From Candidatus Micrarchaeota archaeon (GTDB lineage Archaea; Micrarchaeota; Micrarchaeia; Norongarragalinales; UBA8480), in assembly GCA_043805855.1 (NCBI GenBank), contig JAZDHP010000008.1, positions 1 to 43,784 of the forward strand: a stretch of DNA of 43,784 bases, in the 5' to 3' direction. Position 1 is the stretch's first letter, and each line of letters opens with the position of its first letter. The notes beneath the pieces are model-generated. The model searched no databases. It was not told the origin of the DNA and saw nothing but the letters and a program-made list of their open reading frames with translations. The position numbers were made by a program, and so were the translations under genes. Below, one piece after another: positions 1-7,930 of this stretch.

Positions 1-109
1 GATTTGAACTCTCGAACTCCTAAGAGATAAGGTCCTAAGCCTTACGCATTAAATCCCTTTTTTCTTTTTTCAAAAGAAGAAAGGATTGACCAAGCTTTGC
101 TACCCCTGC
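1..109 (-). tRNA. tRNA-Leu(UAG), 3' end cut off by window edge; 36-nt intron at 21/22 (50-85)
   Basis: Minus strand: GCAGGGGTAGCAAAGCTTGGTCAA|intron|ATGCG TAAGG CTTAGGA CCTTA, long variable arm, GAGAGTTCAAATC. BHB: GGTC/GATT helix with AA|T and TA|A bulges. Confidence 0.9.
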
Positions 110-154
110 AATTATAGAATAAAAATAGGCGCGGTTAAGATTAAAGTTCTTTTG

Positions 155-571
155 CTACTTACTAGTTTTTGGTTTTGGCATGCCTACGACGACGCAGGTG
201 TGACCTTCAGCAGTTGTGAACACGTCTCGAATTTCTGTTCCGCGCAGTGTTTCGTGCGCTAAGTTTGAACCAGCTAGTTTTCGAGCAAGTGCTGAGCGAG
301 CGCGAGTTTCGCCTGCAGTTTTAGCTTGTATAGTATTTCTAATTGAACTACAGCCAGTTGCAACGTAACGGTTGCCTTCTTCTGTGACGCCGCGTTTAAG
401 CACTTCGCGTACGCTTGGGCGTGGTTGCTCTGCAGCTGGAAAGTGTAAATTTCTAGAGCCTGCGGCGCATCCGGATAGACAAATTACTGCAGTCGCAGCT
501 GCGGCTGCGAATTTCTTTGCAGGTCGTTTCATTTCAAAAGCCATATTAAACACTTTTTTTCTTTTGGCCAC
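155..571 (-). CDS. Putative lipoprotein (lipobox LSGC), possibly LPP20-like
   Basis: Basic N-terminus, Ala-rich hydrophobic stretch, LSG-C, then an 'A.G...A...A...ALARKL...LRG' pattern. Start uncertain. Confidence 0.55.
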   Translation of the reverse strand: MAKRKKVFNMAFEMKRPAKKFAAAAATAVICLSGCAAGSRNLHFPAAEQPRPSVREVLKRGVTEEGNRYVATGCSSIRNTIQAKTAGETRARSALARKLAGSNLAHETLRGTEIRDVFTTAEGHTCVVVGMPKPKTSK

Positions 572-576
572 GCCTG

Positions 577-603
577 GCCTTTTCTTTTTCTAAAAGAAAA
601 GGC
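577..603. repeat. Free-standing copy of the A/T-tract palindrome (family 1) found in the tRNA introns
   Basis: gccttttctttttctaaaagaaaaggc versus gcttttcttttctaaagaaaaggc in the Gly and Thr T-loop introns; 4 nt past the PAC2 stop. Confidence 0.75.
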
Positions 604-607
604 ATGG

Positions 608-1330
608 CTAATCGTACATTGGGTTGTCTTGCATTTTTGAATAGTCAGAATGCATTTGTTTCATTTTGTCCATGGCGTCTTTTAACTTTGTCTCAACTTT
701 TTCAGCTTCTACTACGAGTGGCTTTGTGTCAACTTTTATTCCAATTAATGGAGCAACTCGATCGATTAACTTAGCTGCTGCGCGCGGGTCTAACGGAACG
801 CTAGTTTGTGCCATGAAGTTAACTGCTGGCATTTTTGCAGCTGCACATTCTGCAATTAGCACACCGCTTACGCCTTGCGTTGCGCCTTCTTTTACTAGTT
901 CAAATTTTTGCTTTTTCATATCTTCAACTAGTTTTCTCGTGCTGGCGATTGCGTACATTTTTTCATCTGGCGTAGGCGTTGCGATTCCGGCGAATGAGTA
1001 AATTGCACGGGCGTTGTACTTTTCTGCAAATGCAATTATCTGTTCTGAAAGTGGGACAACGAGTTGCGCAGGGATTACCATTTCGGAAAAAATTACAACA
1101 AGATCATGCTCTTCGCTTGCATATATCCGCACAGGAGATACTGGCACGTAGTCGTGAATCGCTGCGATTGGCGGAAATTGCGGGCTAGAAAAGTAGCCAA
1201 TTAATTTCATTTGCAGTTTTTCCGCTAGGAAGGAAGAGGCAATTGTACCGATCATTCCGATGCCGGGAAAGCCTTCAATTATAACTGGATGCTTAAGCTT
1301 GGGTTTTTCAACAATGCGTAATTGTAACAT
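608..1330 (-). CDS. Proteasome assembly chaperone (PAC2) family protein
   Basis: IEGFPGIGMIGTIA, FPP, P.RIY, G.SG.L, DPRAA motifs. Confidence 0.9.
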   Translation of the reverse strand: MLQLRIVEKPKLKHPVIIEGFPGIGMIGTIASSFLAEKLQMKLIGYFSSPQFPPIAAIHDYVPVSPVRIYASEEHDLVVIFSEMVIPAQLVVPLSEQIIAFAEKYNARAIYSFAGIATPTPDEKMYAIASTRKLVEDMKKQKFELVKEGATQGVSGVLIAECAAAKMPAVNFMAQTSVPLDPRAAAKLIDRVAPLIGIKVDTKPLVVEAEKVETKLKDAMDKMKQMHSDYSKMQDNPMYD

Positions 1331-1361
1331 GAAAATTACTACGCTGTCGGGTTTTAAATTT

Positions 1362-2069
1362 CTATTGTAAGAAAAGCAGAGAAAGGTTAAACCCTAAAAG
1401 GGACAATGGCGCGGTTACTGCAAAAAATGGCAGAAAGGGAGTTGCAAATTGCCGTGCGATGAACTTTGCGGATAAAAAGGAAAACACTAACAGATATGAA
1501 TTGATTGCAAAGTTAATTGCAGCTATAGAAACCGCCGGTTGGGAGTTTGGAATTAAAGTAGACGCTTGCATCGACACGCCGGAGATAAGCGCAATTATAA
1601 AAGGCACGAGAAACGCGCTTGCTGCGAGGAGGGAATATTTTTGCATTGACGCGTCTGCCTTAGTTTGCTCGCGGCTGGCGTTTACTTCGCTTAGTTCAAC
1701 TGCGAATTGTTTTACAATTGCCAGCGTCGAGTTACCATTGGAGTAAGTTTTTGCAATTAAATCGCCAGCTTTTCGCACAACAAGCGGATAGCTAGAAAAT
1801 GCCATGCAAAATGCAGTTTCTACGGGTGCGCCACGTTTGATTAACTCGGCAGTTTTGCGAAACGGAATAGCCGCTACAACTTTAGCCCCCGCGGCGGTTT
1901 CGATTATTTTGTCAAACGAAACACTTTGCGGAAGGTTAGATACAACGAGTAAAACATCTGGCATTGTCTTTTCTATATCACGGTTGAGTTTATCACGTCT
2001 AAATTCTTTCAAGGCATTCAGCAACGCGGGGATGGAAATTAAAAAAAGTACGATGAAAATAAAAAACAT
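1362..2069 (-). CDS. Type II secretion system F-domain membrane platform protein (TadC/FlaJ-like)
   Basis: 'IEKTMPDVL' T2SSF-type pattern, cytoplasmic helical domain, C-terminal TM helices. Confidence 0.7.
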   Translation of the reverse strand: MFFIFIVLFLISIPALLNALKEFRRDKLNRDIEKTMPDVLLVVSNLPQSVSFDKIIETAAGAKVVAAIPFRKTAELIKRGAPVETAFCMAFSSYPLVVRKAGDLIAKTYSNGNSTLAIVKQFAVELSEVNASREQTKADASMQKYSLLAASAFLVPFIIALISGVSMQASTLIPNSQPAVSIAAINFAINSYLLVFSFLSAKFIARQFATPFLPFFAVTAPLSLLGFNLSLLFLQ

Positions 2070-2084
2070 TTTTTGGAATTCACC

Positions 2085-2891
2085 TTAAACCGCAGAGTTT
2101 AGTTGCATATAGTAAAGCAATGCTAAGTCGAACAACGGAAAAATAAACACGAAAACAACAATAACTTGGAGAGATGAAAAGGCGAACCCAAGCACGTTTC
2201 CCAAGAGTACAACGGCGGCGAACATCGCAGGCACAACCGCCGAAATAGCAATGAAAAACATTCCGGTTAAGTTTGCCTTTGCAGCTCCGCGTTTTGCACT
2301 GTTGCGCTGTTCTTCAAGTAAATCTACGTGGAACTTTTTCAATTCACTTGCTTTGCCAGTTGCTAGTTTTTGCAAGAATTTTATAAACTCAACGGACGGC
2401 GCAGTAGTGGCAAATGCATTAGGCAATAATTCAAAGGGTATTCCACTGACGAGTAAACGCTGGCAGCGTTGGTAAAATGGTAAAAACAGTGGAAACTCGT
2501 TCATTACCATCAGTGCTTTTTCGCGATTGACGCCTGCTGCGAGTTCAATGTAAACCGCGTGGACAAGCAACGGAAGTTGTGAGTTAATTTGTTTCTTCAA
2601 CAGGTGAATTTGCAATTGTGGGTAAAAATAAAAAAACAAAAAACACCCTGGCGCAAGAAGCGCGACGTAACTGAGGGAAAAAAGCAACGCCGCGAGTAGA
2701 AAGAAAACAAAGGGAAGAAAAATAAAGAGAGAAAAAAGCACGGCGAAGGTAACATATTGGCTTGCGCTGCATTTGTAATTAATTTGCCTCAATTTTCCTT
2801 CTAGAGTTTTGTCACGAATTGGAATAAACGCCGGCGTTGCACTTACAAAACAGTCTAACATCAACCATAAAACTATTTTCTCGTTTAACAA
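2085..2891 (-). CDS. Type II secretion system F-domain membrane platform protein (TadB/TadC-like)
   Basis: 'INSQLPLLVH...ELAAG...KAL' pattern with flanking TM helices; tandem with the previous gene. Confidence 0.7.
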   Translation of the reverse strand: MLNEKIVLWLMLDCFVSATPAFIPIRDKTLEGKLRQINYKCSASQYVTFAVLFSLFIFLPFVFFLLAALLFSLSYVALLAPGCFLFFYFYPQLQIHLLKKQINSQLPLLVHAVYIELAAGVNREKALMVMNEFPLFLPFYQRCQRLLVSGIPFELLPNAFATTAPSVEFIKFLQKLATGKASELKKFHVDLLEEQRNSAKRGAAKANLTGMFFIAISAVVPAMFAAVVLLGNVLGFAFSSLQVIVVFVFIFPLFDLALLYYMQLNSAV

Positions 2892-2934
2892 CTACACGTT
2901 GTAAAAAGTGGATGAAAAGAAAAAAAGAATAAAG

Positions 2935-3192
2935 TGCAACCGCCGGGATCTTCGAGCATTTCGGAAGTTTCTTTTCCCGAAGGCTTTTCTTTTCTAAAGA
3001 AAAGGCTTATCGAACCCGGACCGCAAGCTTTTTTCGGAAAACCGTTTTTTCGTTCAGTTTTCGATCGAGCCTTTTCGCATTTGCTTCTGGGCAAATGACA
3101 TCGCAAATGCGAAGTCAAATGCCGGCCAGGCATTTGCGATTACAAAAAGGCTCGCTTGGAAAGCTCGAATCATACCACTAGACCACGGCTGC
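2935..3192 (-). tRNA. tRNA-Gly(UCC) with two introns: 37/38 (3030-3156, 127 nt) and 59/60 (2949-3008, 60 nt)
   Basis: Acceptor GCAGCCG/CGGTTGC-A; anticodon arm CGAGC TTTCCA|A GCTTG; T arm CCGGG TTCGAT|T CCCGG. BHB helices TTTC/GAAA and TTCG/CGAA. Confidence 0.92.
3076..3141. repeat. Double-hairpin element (family 2), divergent copy nested in the tRNA-Gly anticodon intron
   Basis: gCATTTGC-ttctgg-GCAAATGac ... agtCAAATGCC-ggcca-GGCATTTGcgatt; same frame as copies at 3275, 9623 and 43492. Confidence 0.6.
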
Positions 3193-3244
3193 GCGTCTGT
3201 TAATTTATTTGACAGTATTAAAGATAAAAACTTAAGCTATCACG

Positions 3245-3347
3245 TTTTTCTTTGGGGTTGCAAGACCTTTCTTTGAGCACAAAGCAAAGCTTTGTAACTC
3301 AGACAAAAACTGGCGTTTTTGCTGATTCGTAAAAAGAAAGGGATTAC
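3245..3347. repeat. Free-standing family-1 palindrome carrying a family-2 insert (3275-3327)
   Basis: tttttctttggggttgcaagacctttcttt[insert]...aaaaagaaaggg aligns with the tRNA-Pro intron tttttctttgggactgaaagacttttcttttt...aaaaagaaaagg; insert nearly identical to 9623-9676. Confidence 0.75.
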
Positions 3348-3349
3348 TA

Positions 3350-3524
3350 TGGGGCCACCGAGATTCGAATTCCCTAAAGCGCTTATTCGCCTTTCAATAC
3401 CTAAAGATAAAAATATTTAATTTTTCTTTGGGACTGAAAGACTTTTCTTTTTATAAAAAGAAAAGGCTTTCCTCGGGTCACGGCCACCCCAAGGCCGTAG
3501 GATGCCAGGCTACCCCATGGCCCC
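3350..3524 (-). tRNA. tRNA-Pro(GGG) with 102-nt intron at 53/54 (3370-3471)
   Basis: Acceptor GGGGCCA/TGGCCCC-A; anticodon arm CGGCC TTGGGGT GGCCG; T arm CCGAG|TTCGAAT CTCGG; near-BHB with one mismatch; usual archaeal position downstream of rpoN. Confidence 0.92.
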
Positions 3525-3618
3525 ATTTGCGTATTATTTAAGAGAAAGAGAAGTTTAAAATTCCAAGCGATAGGCTTAAAAAAAAAGCAGGCGTTAGCTT
3601 TGTAAGGTGAACTGTTAA

Positions 3619-3987
3619 ATGGAGAATCTTAGACGAAATTTATCCACAGTAGAAGATGTTAAAAAAGTTGAATTTAGACCTTTACGTTTAGCATTTTCAA
3701 CTACTGGCGAACAGATTAGTCCAGGTTCTAGTGGCGCACAGTTATTATTTGAATTTAAAAGGCTCAGAGAAGCAACTGTAAGAAAAACAGCAGCGAGCCT
3801 TGGACTTAAAACCGAAAGCACTGGCAGACAGGTACTGGTCTTCGATAGGAGACGTATATTCACACTTCAAGTAACTCCCGGATTAGCCAGACCTACAAGA
3901 ATGATAGTCGTTGGGGGAGACAAATACGGAAGACTTCCTGGCGAAGCACAGGAAACTATTCTAAGCTTTTTACGCGGATTCAAATAA
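3619..3987 (+). CDS. Hypothetical protein
   Basis: ATG preceded by GGTGA SD-like motif; fills an intergenic gap; weak resemblance to 14808-15233. Confidence 0.65.
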   Translation: MENLRRNLSTVEDVKKVEFRPLRLAFSTTGEQISPGSSGAQLLFEFKRLREATVRKTAASLGLKTESTGRQVLVFDRRRIFTLQVTPGLARPTRMIVVGGDKYGRLPGEAQETILSFLRGFK

Positions 3988-4011
3988 ACTAAAAACAAAA
4001 AAAATAAGAAA

Positions 4012-4045
4012 TTAGAATCTTTGGAAGTGTTTGATTTCGTCGATT
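4012..4045. repeat. 34-bp direct repeat, copy 1 (duplicate of rpoN 3' end)
   Basis: ttagaatctttggaagtgtttgatttcgtcgatt identical to 5416-5449. Confidence 0.95.
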
Positions 4046-4067
4046 TAGCCCAAAACAGGGTTTTAGT

Positions 4068-4121
4068 TGTGCATAGGGCACTATGCATAAATTTATAAAT
4101 GTGCATAGCGCAATAAGCATA
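4068..4121 (+). promoter_or_regulatory. TATA box flanked by two palindromic operator-like repeats
   Basis: tgtgcatagggcactatgcata (4068-4089), TTTATAAA (4092-4099), tgtgcatagcgcaataagcata (4100-4121). Confidence 0.6.
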
Positions 4122-5419
4122 TGGAAGAACGGCATAGGGCGCTTTTGTTTAGACAGAACCCACAATGGACTGGAGGGAAAATAGATGTGCCGGCGTTCAA
4201 ACGCGATAGCTTCGCTACTCTTAACAAATTCTTAAATTACAAACAAATAATTGCAATTATTGGCCTTCGGCGAGTGGGAAAAACCGTTCTACTTAAGCAA
4301 CTAATGAAGCAACTGAAATTGCCTGAAAACACTTGTTACGTGTCTTTTGACGATAGGGACTTTCAAAAATACGAGACGGCTTGGGAGATAATTAATTACT
4401 TTTTGCAAAAAACAGACGAAACGCAACAGCGGTTTTTGTTTCTTGATGAAATTCAGAAAGTACCTAATTGGCCGGACTTGTTGAAAACAATTTATGACAC
4501 TGAAAAAAACCTTAAAATGTTTGTATCCGGTTCCTCTAGCTTGGAGTTGAAGCAATATAAAGAAACACTTGCTGGAAGAATTCTAACTTTTCACATTCCG
4601 GTTTTTACGTTCAAGGAATTTATAAAATATCACAATTTAGAGTGGAAGATAAAAAAAGAAGATTTGATAAATGAATATGACAAAAAACTAGCGGGTAAAA
4701 AACAAGTTTACCAGGAATTGTTTCAAACCTATTTATTGAAAGGGGCATTTCCTGAGCTATTAGAAATATCTGACGAGGTATTTGTAAAGAAGTATATTTC
4801 GGAGGTTATTGATAAAATAATTGAGGATATTTCTAAGCATATTGAAAACGGCAAACAAGGAGAAATAAGCGATTTAATAGCGCTGTTATGCAAAAGCACC
4901 GGCCGGAATTTTGAACTTAACAACATAGCAGAAGTGCTGAAAATAAACCGCAACACGGCATCTCGCTATGTAAATTTGCTTGAAAAAACTTTTCTTATTA
5001 AAACAAGTTATAACTATACTAAAAGTGTAGCGAAAAAATTCAGAACAAGTAAAAAAAGTTATTCAGCGCATAGTTGCATACCCATTTCAGTATTAAACTA
5101 TCCGTTTAACGCAGTTAGTATTGATGGAAGTGACCTTGGTCATTTGGTTGAAACTGCTATAGCTAGTAATTTAAGTGAATTTTCCTTCTGGAAGCACCAA
5201 AATGATGAAGTGGACTTTGTTATTAACAATTTACCTGTAGAAATAAAGTATCAAACTAACATAAACAAAGGAGACACCGCAGGATTAATAAAATTCACTA
5301 ACAAATTCAAGAAAAAAACTGCATTGCTAGTTACTAAAGATAAAGTTGAAGAACTAAAAATAGGTGAAATAAATATCCTTGCAATTCCAGCGTGGCTTTT
5401 CCTACTTGCCTATACTTAG
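4121..5419 (+). CDS. AAA+ ATPase, AAA_14/DUF4143 family
   Basis: QNP.W N-terminus, Walker A GLRRVGKT, Walker B LFLDEIQ, SGSS, LAGR, G.FP, central HTH-like segment, C-terminal EVDF...PVEIK. Confidence 0.92.
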   Translation: MEERHRALLFRQNPQWTGGKIDVPAFKRDSFATLNKFLNYKQIIAIIGLRRVGKTVLLKQLMKQLKLPENTCYVSFDDRDFQKYETAWEIINYFLQKTDETQQRFLFLDEIQKVPNWPDLLKTIYDTEKNLKMFVSGSSSLELKQYKETLAGRILTFHIPVFTFKEFIKYHNLEWKIKKEDLINEYDKKLAGKKQVYQELFQTYLLKGAFPELLEISDEVFVKKYISEVIDKIIEDISKHIENGKQGEISDLIALLCKSTGRNFELNNIAEVLKINRNTASRYVNLLEKTFLIKTSYNYTKSVAKKFRTSKKSYSAHSCIPISVLNYPFNAVSIDGSDLGHLVETAIASNLSEFSFWKHQNDEVDFVINNLPVEIKYQTNINKGDTAGLIKFTNKFKKKTALLVTKDKVEELKIGEINILAIPAWLFLLAYT

Positions 5420-5449
5420 AATCTTTGGAAGTGTTTGATTTCGTCGATT
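5416..5449. repeat. 34-bp direct repeat, copy 2 (functional rpoN 3' end)
   Basis: Identical to 4012-4045. Confidence 0.95.
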
Positions 5450-5616
5450 AGTGGTACGTAACTTAAAAACATTCTCCTGCAGCAGTACCTCGGGTAGCCG
5501 AGCTCATCGAGTACTTTTGCTGGGTCTTGCTTTTCCATTTGTGTTTTCATGACGAAAGCGTCGATGTCTTCGGCTACTGGTTTTCCGCACGAGAAGCAAC
5601 GAACTGGTATTAACAT
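5416..5616 (-). CDS. rpoN: DNA-directed RNA polymerase subunit N (Rpo10)
   Basis: MLIPVRCFSCGK ... RYCCRRM. Confidence 0.98.
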   Translation of the reverse strand: MLIPVRCFSCGKPVAEDIDAFVMKTQMEKQDPAKVLDELGYPRYCCRRMFLSYVPLIDEIKHFQRF

Positions 5617-5654
5617 TTTTTATTATCCCTCTATTTTCGACATTTTTCAATATC

Positions 5655-6056
5655 CTATCTGTATGATTTTGTGAAACGTGCTCTTGCTTTTGGCCCCTTG
5701 AATTTCTTGGGTTCGACTCTCCTTGGGTCTTCTACGAGGAGTGAGCGGTCAAATGCTAGCATTTGCTGCTTTACAGCGTCAGGCGAACCGTGGATTTGTA
5801 ATAGCCCTTTTGCTACTGCGATGCGGCTTGCTTGTGCTTGTCCGCTGGCTCCGCCGCCGTTTACATTAACATAGATGTCGTAGGCTTCAGGGTCGTCAAA
5901 GAAACGCAGTGGCTCTTGGTAGACATCGCGTAGGAATCTAGAAGTCATTGAACTTACAGCTGTGCCGTTTACAGTGTAAGTGCCTTTGCCTGGGTTGATG
6001 GTAGCGCGTGCAATTGCTTCTTTGCGTTTTCCACGAGTTACGATTGTTTTGTTCAT
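5655..6056 (-). CDS. rps9: 30S ribosomal protein S9 (uS9)
   Basis: GKRKEAIARA, GGG..GQA.A, EPKK..GP.ARA...KSYR; ATG overlaps the L13 stop. Confidence 0.97.
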   Translation of the reverse strand: MNKTIVTRGKRKEAIARATINPGKGTYTVNGTAVSSMTSRFLRDVYQEPLRFFDDPEAYDIYVNVNGGGASGQAQASRIAVAKGLLQIHGSPDAVKQQMLAFDRSLLVEDPRRVEPKKFKGPKARARFTKSYR

Positions 6057-6469
6057 TGTGCTGACCACCCTAATGATTGCGATAATTGCCCGAGGGTAAT
6101 AAAACTTCCCTGTAGAGCTTTTGAATCTTTAACTGGCCTTGTGCCTTTCTTTGGCCCTTCGCCAATGTAAGATTTTATATTACGAAGCGCTTGTTTTCCG
6201 CGTTTTCCAGCTGGGAGCATACCCGAAATAACTTTTCTAAACAAGTAGTCTGGGCGTCGTGGCCATTTCATTGCTTTTTCTGGATTCGCGTGGTTTGTCA
6301 TTTCACGGCGTTTAGTATAAACTCTTACTATTTGCAACGCGTTGCCTGAAATCACAGCTTTTTCAATGTTGTAAATGTTTATCGTGTAACCTCGTAGTGC
6401 GTTTTTGGCACAGTAAGCCGCTAGTCTACCTGAAACGAGGCCGCTTGCATCAATTGTAATTTCTTTCAT
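6053..6469 (-). CDS. rpl13: 50S ribosomal protein L13 (uL13)
   Basis: IDA...GRLA, EKAVISG, PRRPD....ISGMLP. Confidence 0.96.
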   Translation of the reverse strand: MKEITIDASGLVSGRLAAYCAKNALRGYTINIYNIEKAVISGNALQIVRVYTKRREMTNHANPEKAMKWPRRPDYLFRKVISGMLPAGKRGKQALRNIKSYIGEGPKKGTRPVKDSKALQGSFITLGQLSQSLGWSAQ

Positions 6470-6482
6470 TCTTTTGTTCACT

Positions 6483-6833
6483 TTATGTAATTATTAAAAC
6501 GTTTTTGCCGCTTGGGTTAATTTCAACAAGTTGGTTTATTGAAATTACTTTTCCGCCAGCTTGTGTTATTTTTTCGCGCGCTTTTCCAGAAATGGAAAAA
6601 GCAGCGACTGTTGCTTTTGTTCCAGCGCCGTTTGAGAGAACTTTGCCCGGAACTAACAACGTGCCAGTTAGTTTTGTCATTTTTGAAACGTTTACCTCTA
6701 CGCGTTTTCTTGTTGGCCTCAAGAGTAACTCTGCTGCGCGTTTCCATATTGGCGCTTTGTTTTTCTTGCTACTTATTTCAAGAAACGCTATTAATTCAAG
6801 CGTTTTTCTGTTTGTCGGTCCACGTATAACCAT
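6483..6833 (-). CDS. rpl18e: 50S ribosomal protein L18e (eL18)
   Basis: APIWK, VNVSK, VPGKVL, AREKI..AGG. Confidence 0.96.
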   Translation of the reverse strand: MVIRGPTNRKTLELIAFLEISSKKNKAPIWKRAAELLLRPTRKRVEVNVSKMTKLTGTLLVPGKVLSNGAGTKATVAAFSISGKAREKITQAGGKVISINQLVEINPSGKNVLIIT

Positions 6834-6914
6834 TTTTTTCAACTCTAAATTTTATTTTAATTTTCTATTTTTTATTTATTCTTTATTTATTTTTCAACTT
6901 GTTTGAATCTTTAA

Positions 6915-7137
6915 TGCAGAGGGAGAGATTATCATGCTTTTTTTCTTTTTCCAAGGTTTTTCTTTTTTCAAAAAAGAAAAAGCTTTTGAACTCTCGAACT
7001 CCTAAGAGACAGGAACCTCAATCCTGCGCATTTAGTCATAAATACAAATTACAGTTGTTCTGTTATTGGTTTATCGCCAACTTGAGGACAACTTGTTCAT
7101 CTTTGTTTTTCTATTGACCTGGCTTTGCTACCTCTGC
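6915..7137 (-). tRNA. tRNA-Leu(GAG) with introns at 21/22 (7032-7113, 82 nt) and 59/60 (6929-6984, 56 nt)
   Basis: Acceptor GCAGAGG/CCTCTGC-A; anticodon arm CAGGA TTGAGGT TCCTG; BHB GGTC/GACT at the D-loop, relaxed motif at the T-loop; usual position between rpoD and L18e. Confidence 0.92.
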
Positions 7138-7165
7138 ATTTCACAGCGGTTAAAAGAATGCTATC

Positions 7166-7220
7166 TTTCAGTAACTTTTCTTTTGGCGACTGAAAGCACC
7201 TTTTCGCAAAAGGGGCTTTC
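7166..7220. repeat. Free-standing family-1 palindrome directly after the rpoD stop
   Basis: ctttcagt...ttttcttttggcgactgaaagcaccttttcgcaaaaggggctttc matches the architecture of the Pro, Ser and Leu(CAG) introns. Confidence 0.7.
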
Positions 7221-7222
7221 TT

Positions 7223-7924
7223 TTATAACTCTTTTTTCAACTCGTCGGCTTTTTCCCGTAGAATTGAAACTGCTTTTTGTAATATTACGGCTGGCTCTTC
7301 GCCGTTGTAACTTTCAACGTAAAAAATGTACTCTCCTTCTTTTGGAAGCACGTTAACGTTTTCTGAAATTTGGCCAATGTCAAGTTTTTCCGGGTTAGTT
7401 ACTTTGCCGTTTTCGTCAACTGCACCTGTTGGAATTGTTTTCAACGCTTCTACCTTTGAACCTTTTATCTTTAAGTCAGGGTAGTGCGCATAGCTTGCAA
7501 AGCTGTTTTGAAACTTCGCGTGTTGCTTTGCAGTGCCAATTACCGCAGTTGCTTCGAAGCGTAAGTTTTGGTTTTCTGAAAGTGCAATTATTGGAATGTG
7601 AAGCAAAGCGGGTTTTATTTTGTCGTCTGTTGATTTTAAGTCTTTCGAATAAACTATCGTCGGTCCAGTTGCCTGTAGGCTAAAAGTTACCTTCACGTCG
7701 GGAGATGCTTTGTCATCGTTTGTTAATGGTATTAACGCAAGGCGAAGTGCAAGGTATTCGTTGAACATTGCTGAGTTGTTTTCAAAAAAGGTAACTTCGT
7801 CAATTGCAAAGTTTGGAATTGAACTGTTTATTATTCTTCGAAGTGCGTTGAGCATAGGGACAGAACAGTCCTTAACGTGGTAGTAAACGCCGCTTTTGGT
7901 TTTTCTAATTTGTTCGAACTTCAT
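7223..7924 (-). CDS. rpoD: DNA-directed RNA polymerase subunit D (Rpo3)
   Basis: NALRR, AIDEV.F.EN.S, RLALIPL, G..K.HAKFQ, FYVES. Confidence 0.96.
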   Translation of the reverse strand: MKFEQIRKTKSGVYYHVKDCSVPMLNALRRIINSSIPNFAIDEVTFFENNSAMFNEYLALRLALIPLTNDDKASPDVKVTFSLQATGPTIVYSKDLKSTDDKIKPALLHIPIIALSENQNLRFEATAVIGTAKQHAKFQNSFASYAHYPDLKIKGSKVEALKTIPTGAVDENGKVTNPEKLDIGQISENVNVLPKEGEYIFYVESYNGEEPAVILQKAVSILREKADELKKEL

Positions 7925-7930
7925 GGTTGT

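Noticed and set aside
2885..3133. 82-aa ORF in the track
   Set aside because: Lies across tRNA-Gly and its introns; no coding signal.
6899..7356. Two + strand ORFs (72 and 96 aa)
   Set aside because: Antisense to tRNA-Leu(GAG) and rpoD; F/K-rich translations come from A/T tracts.
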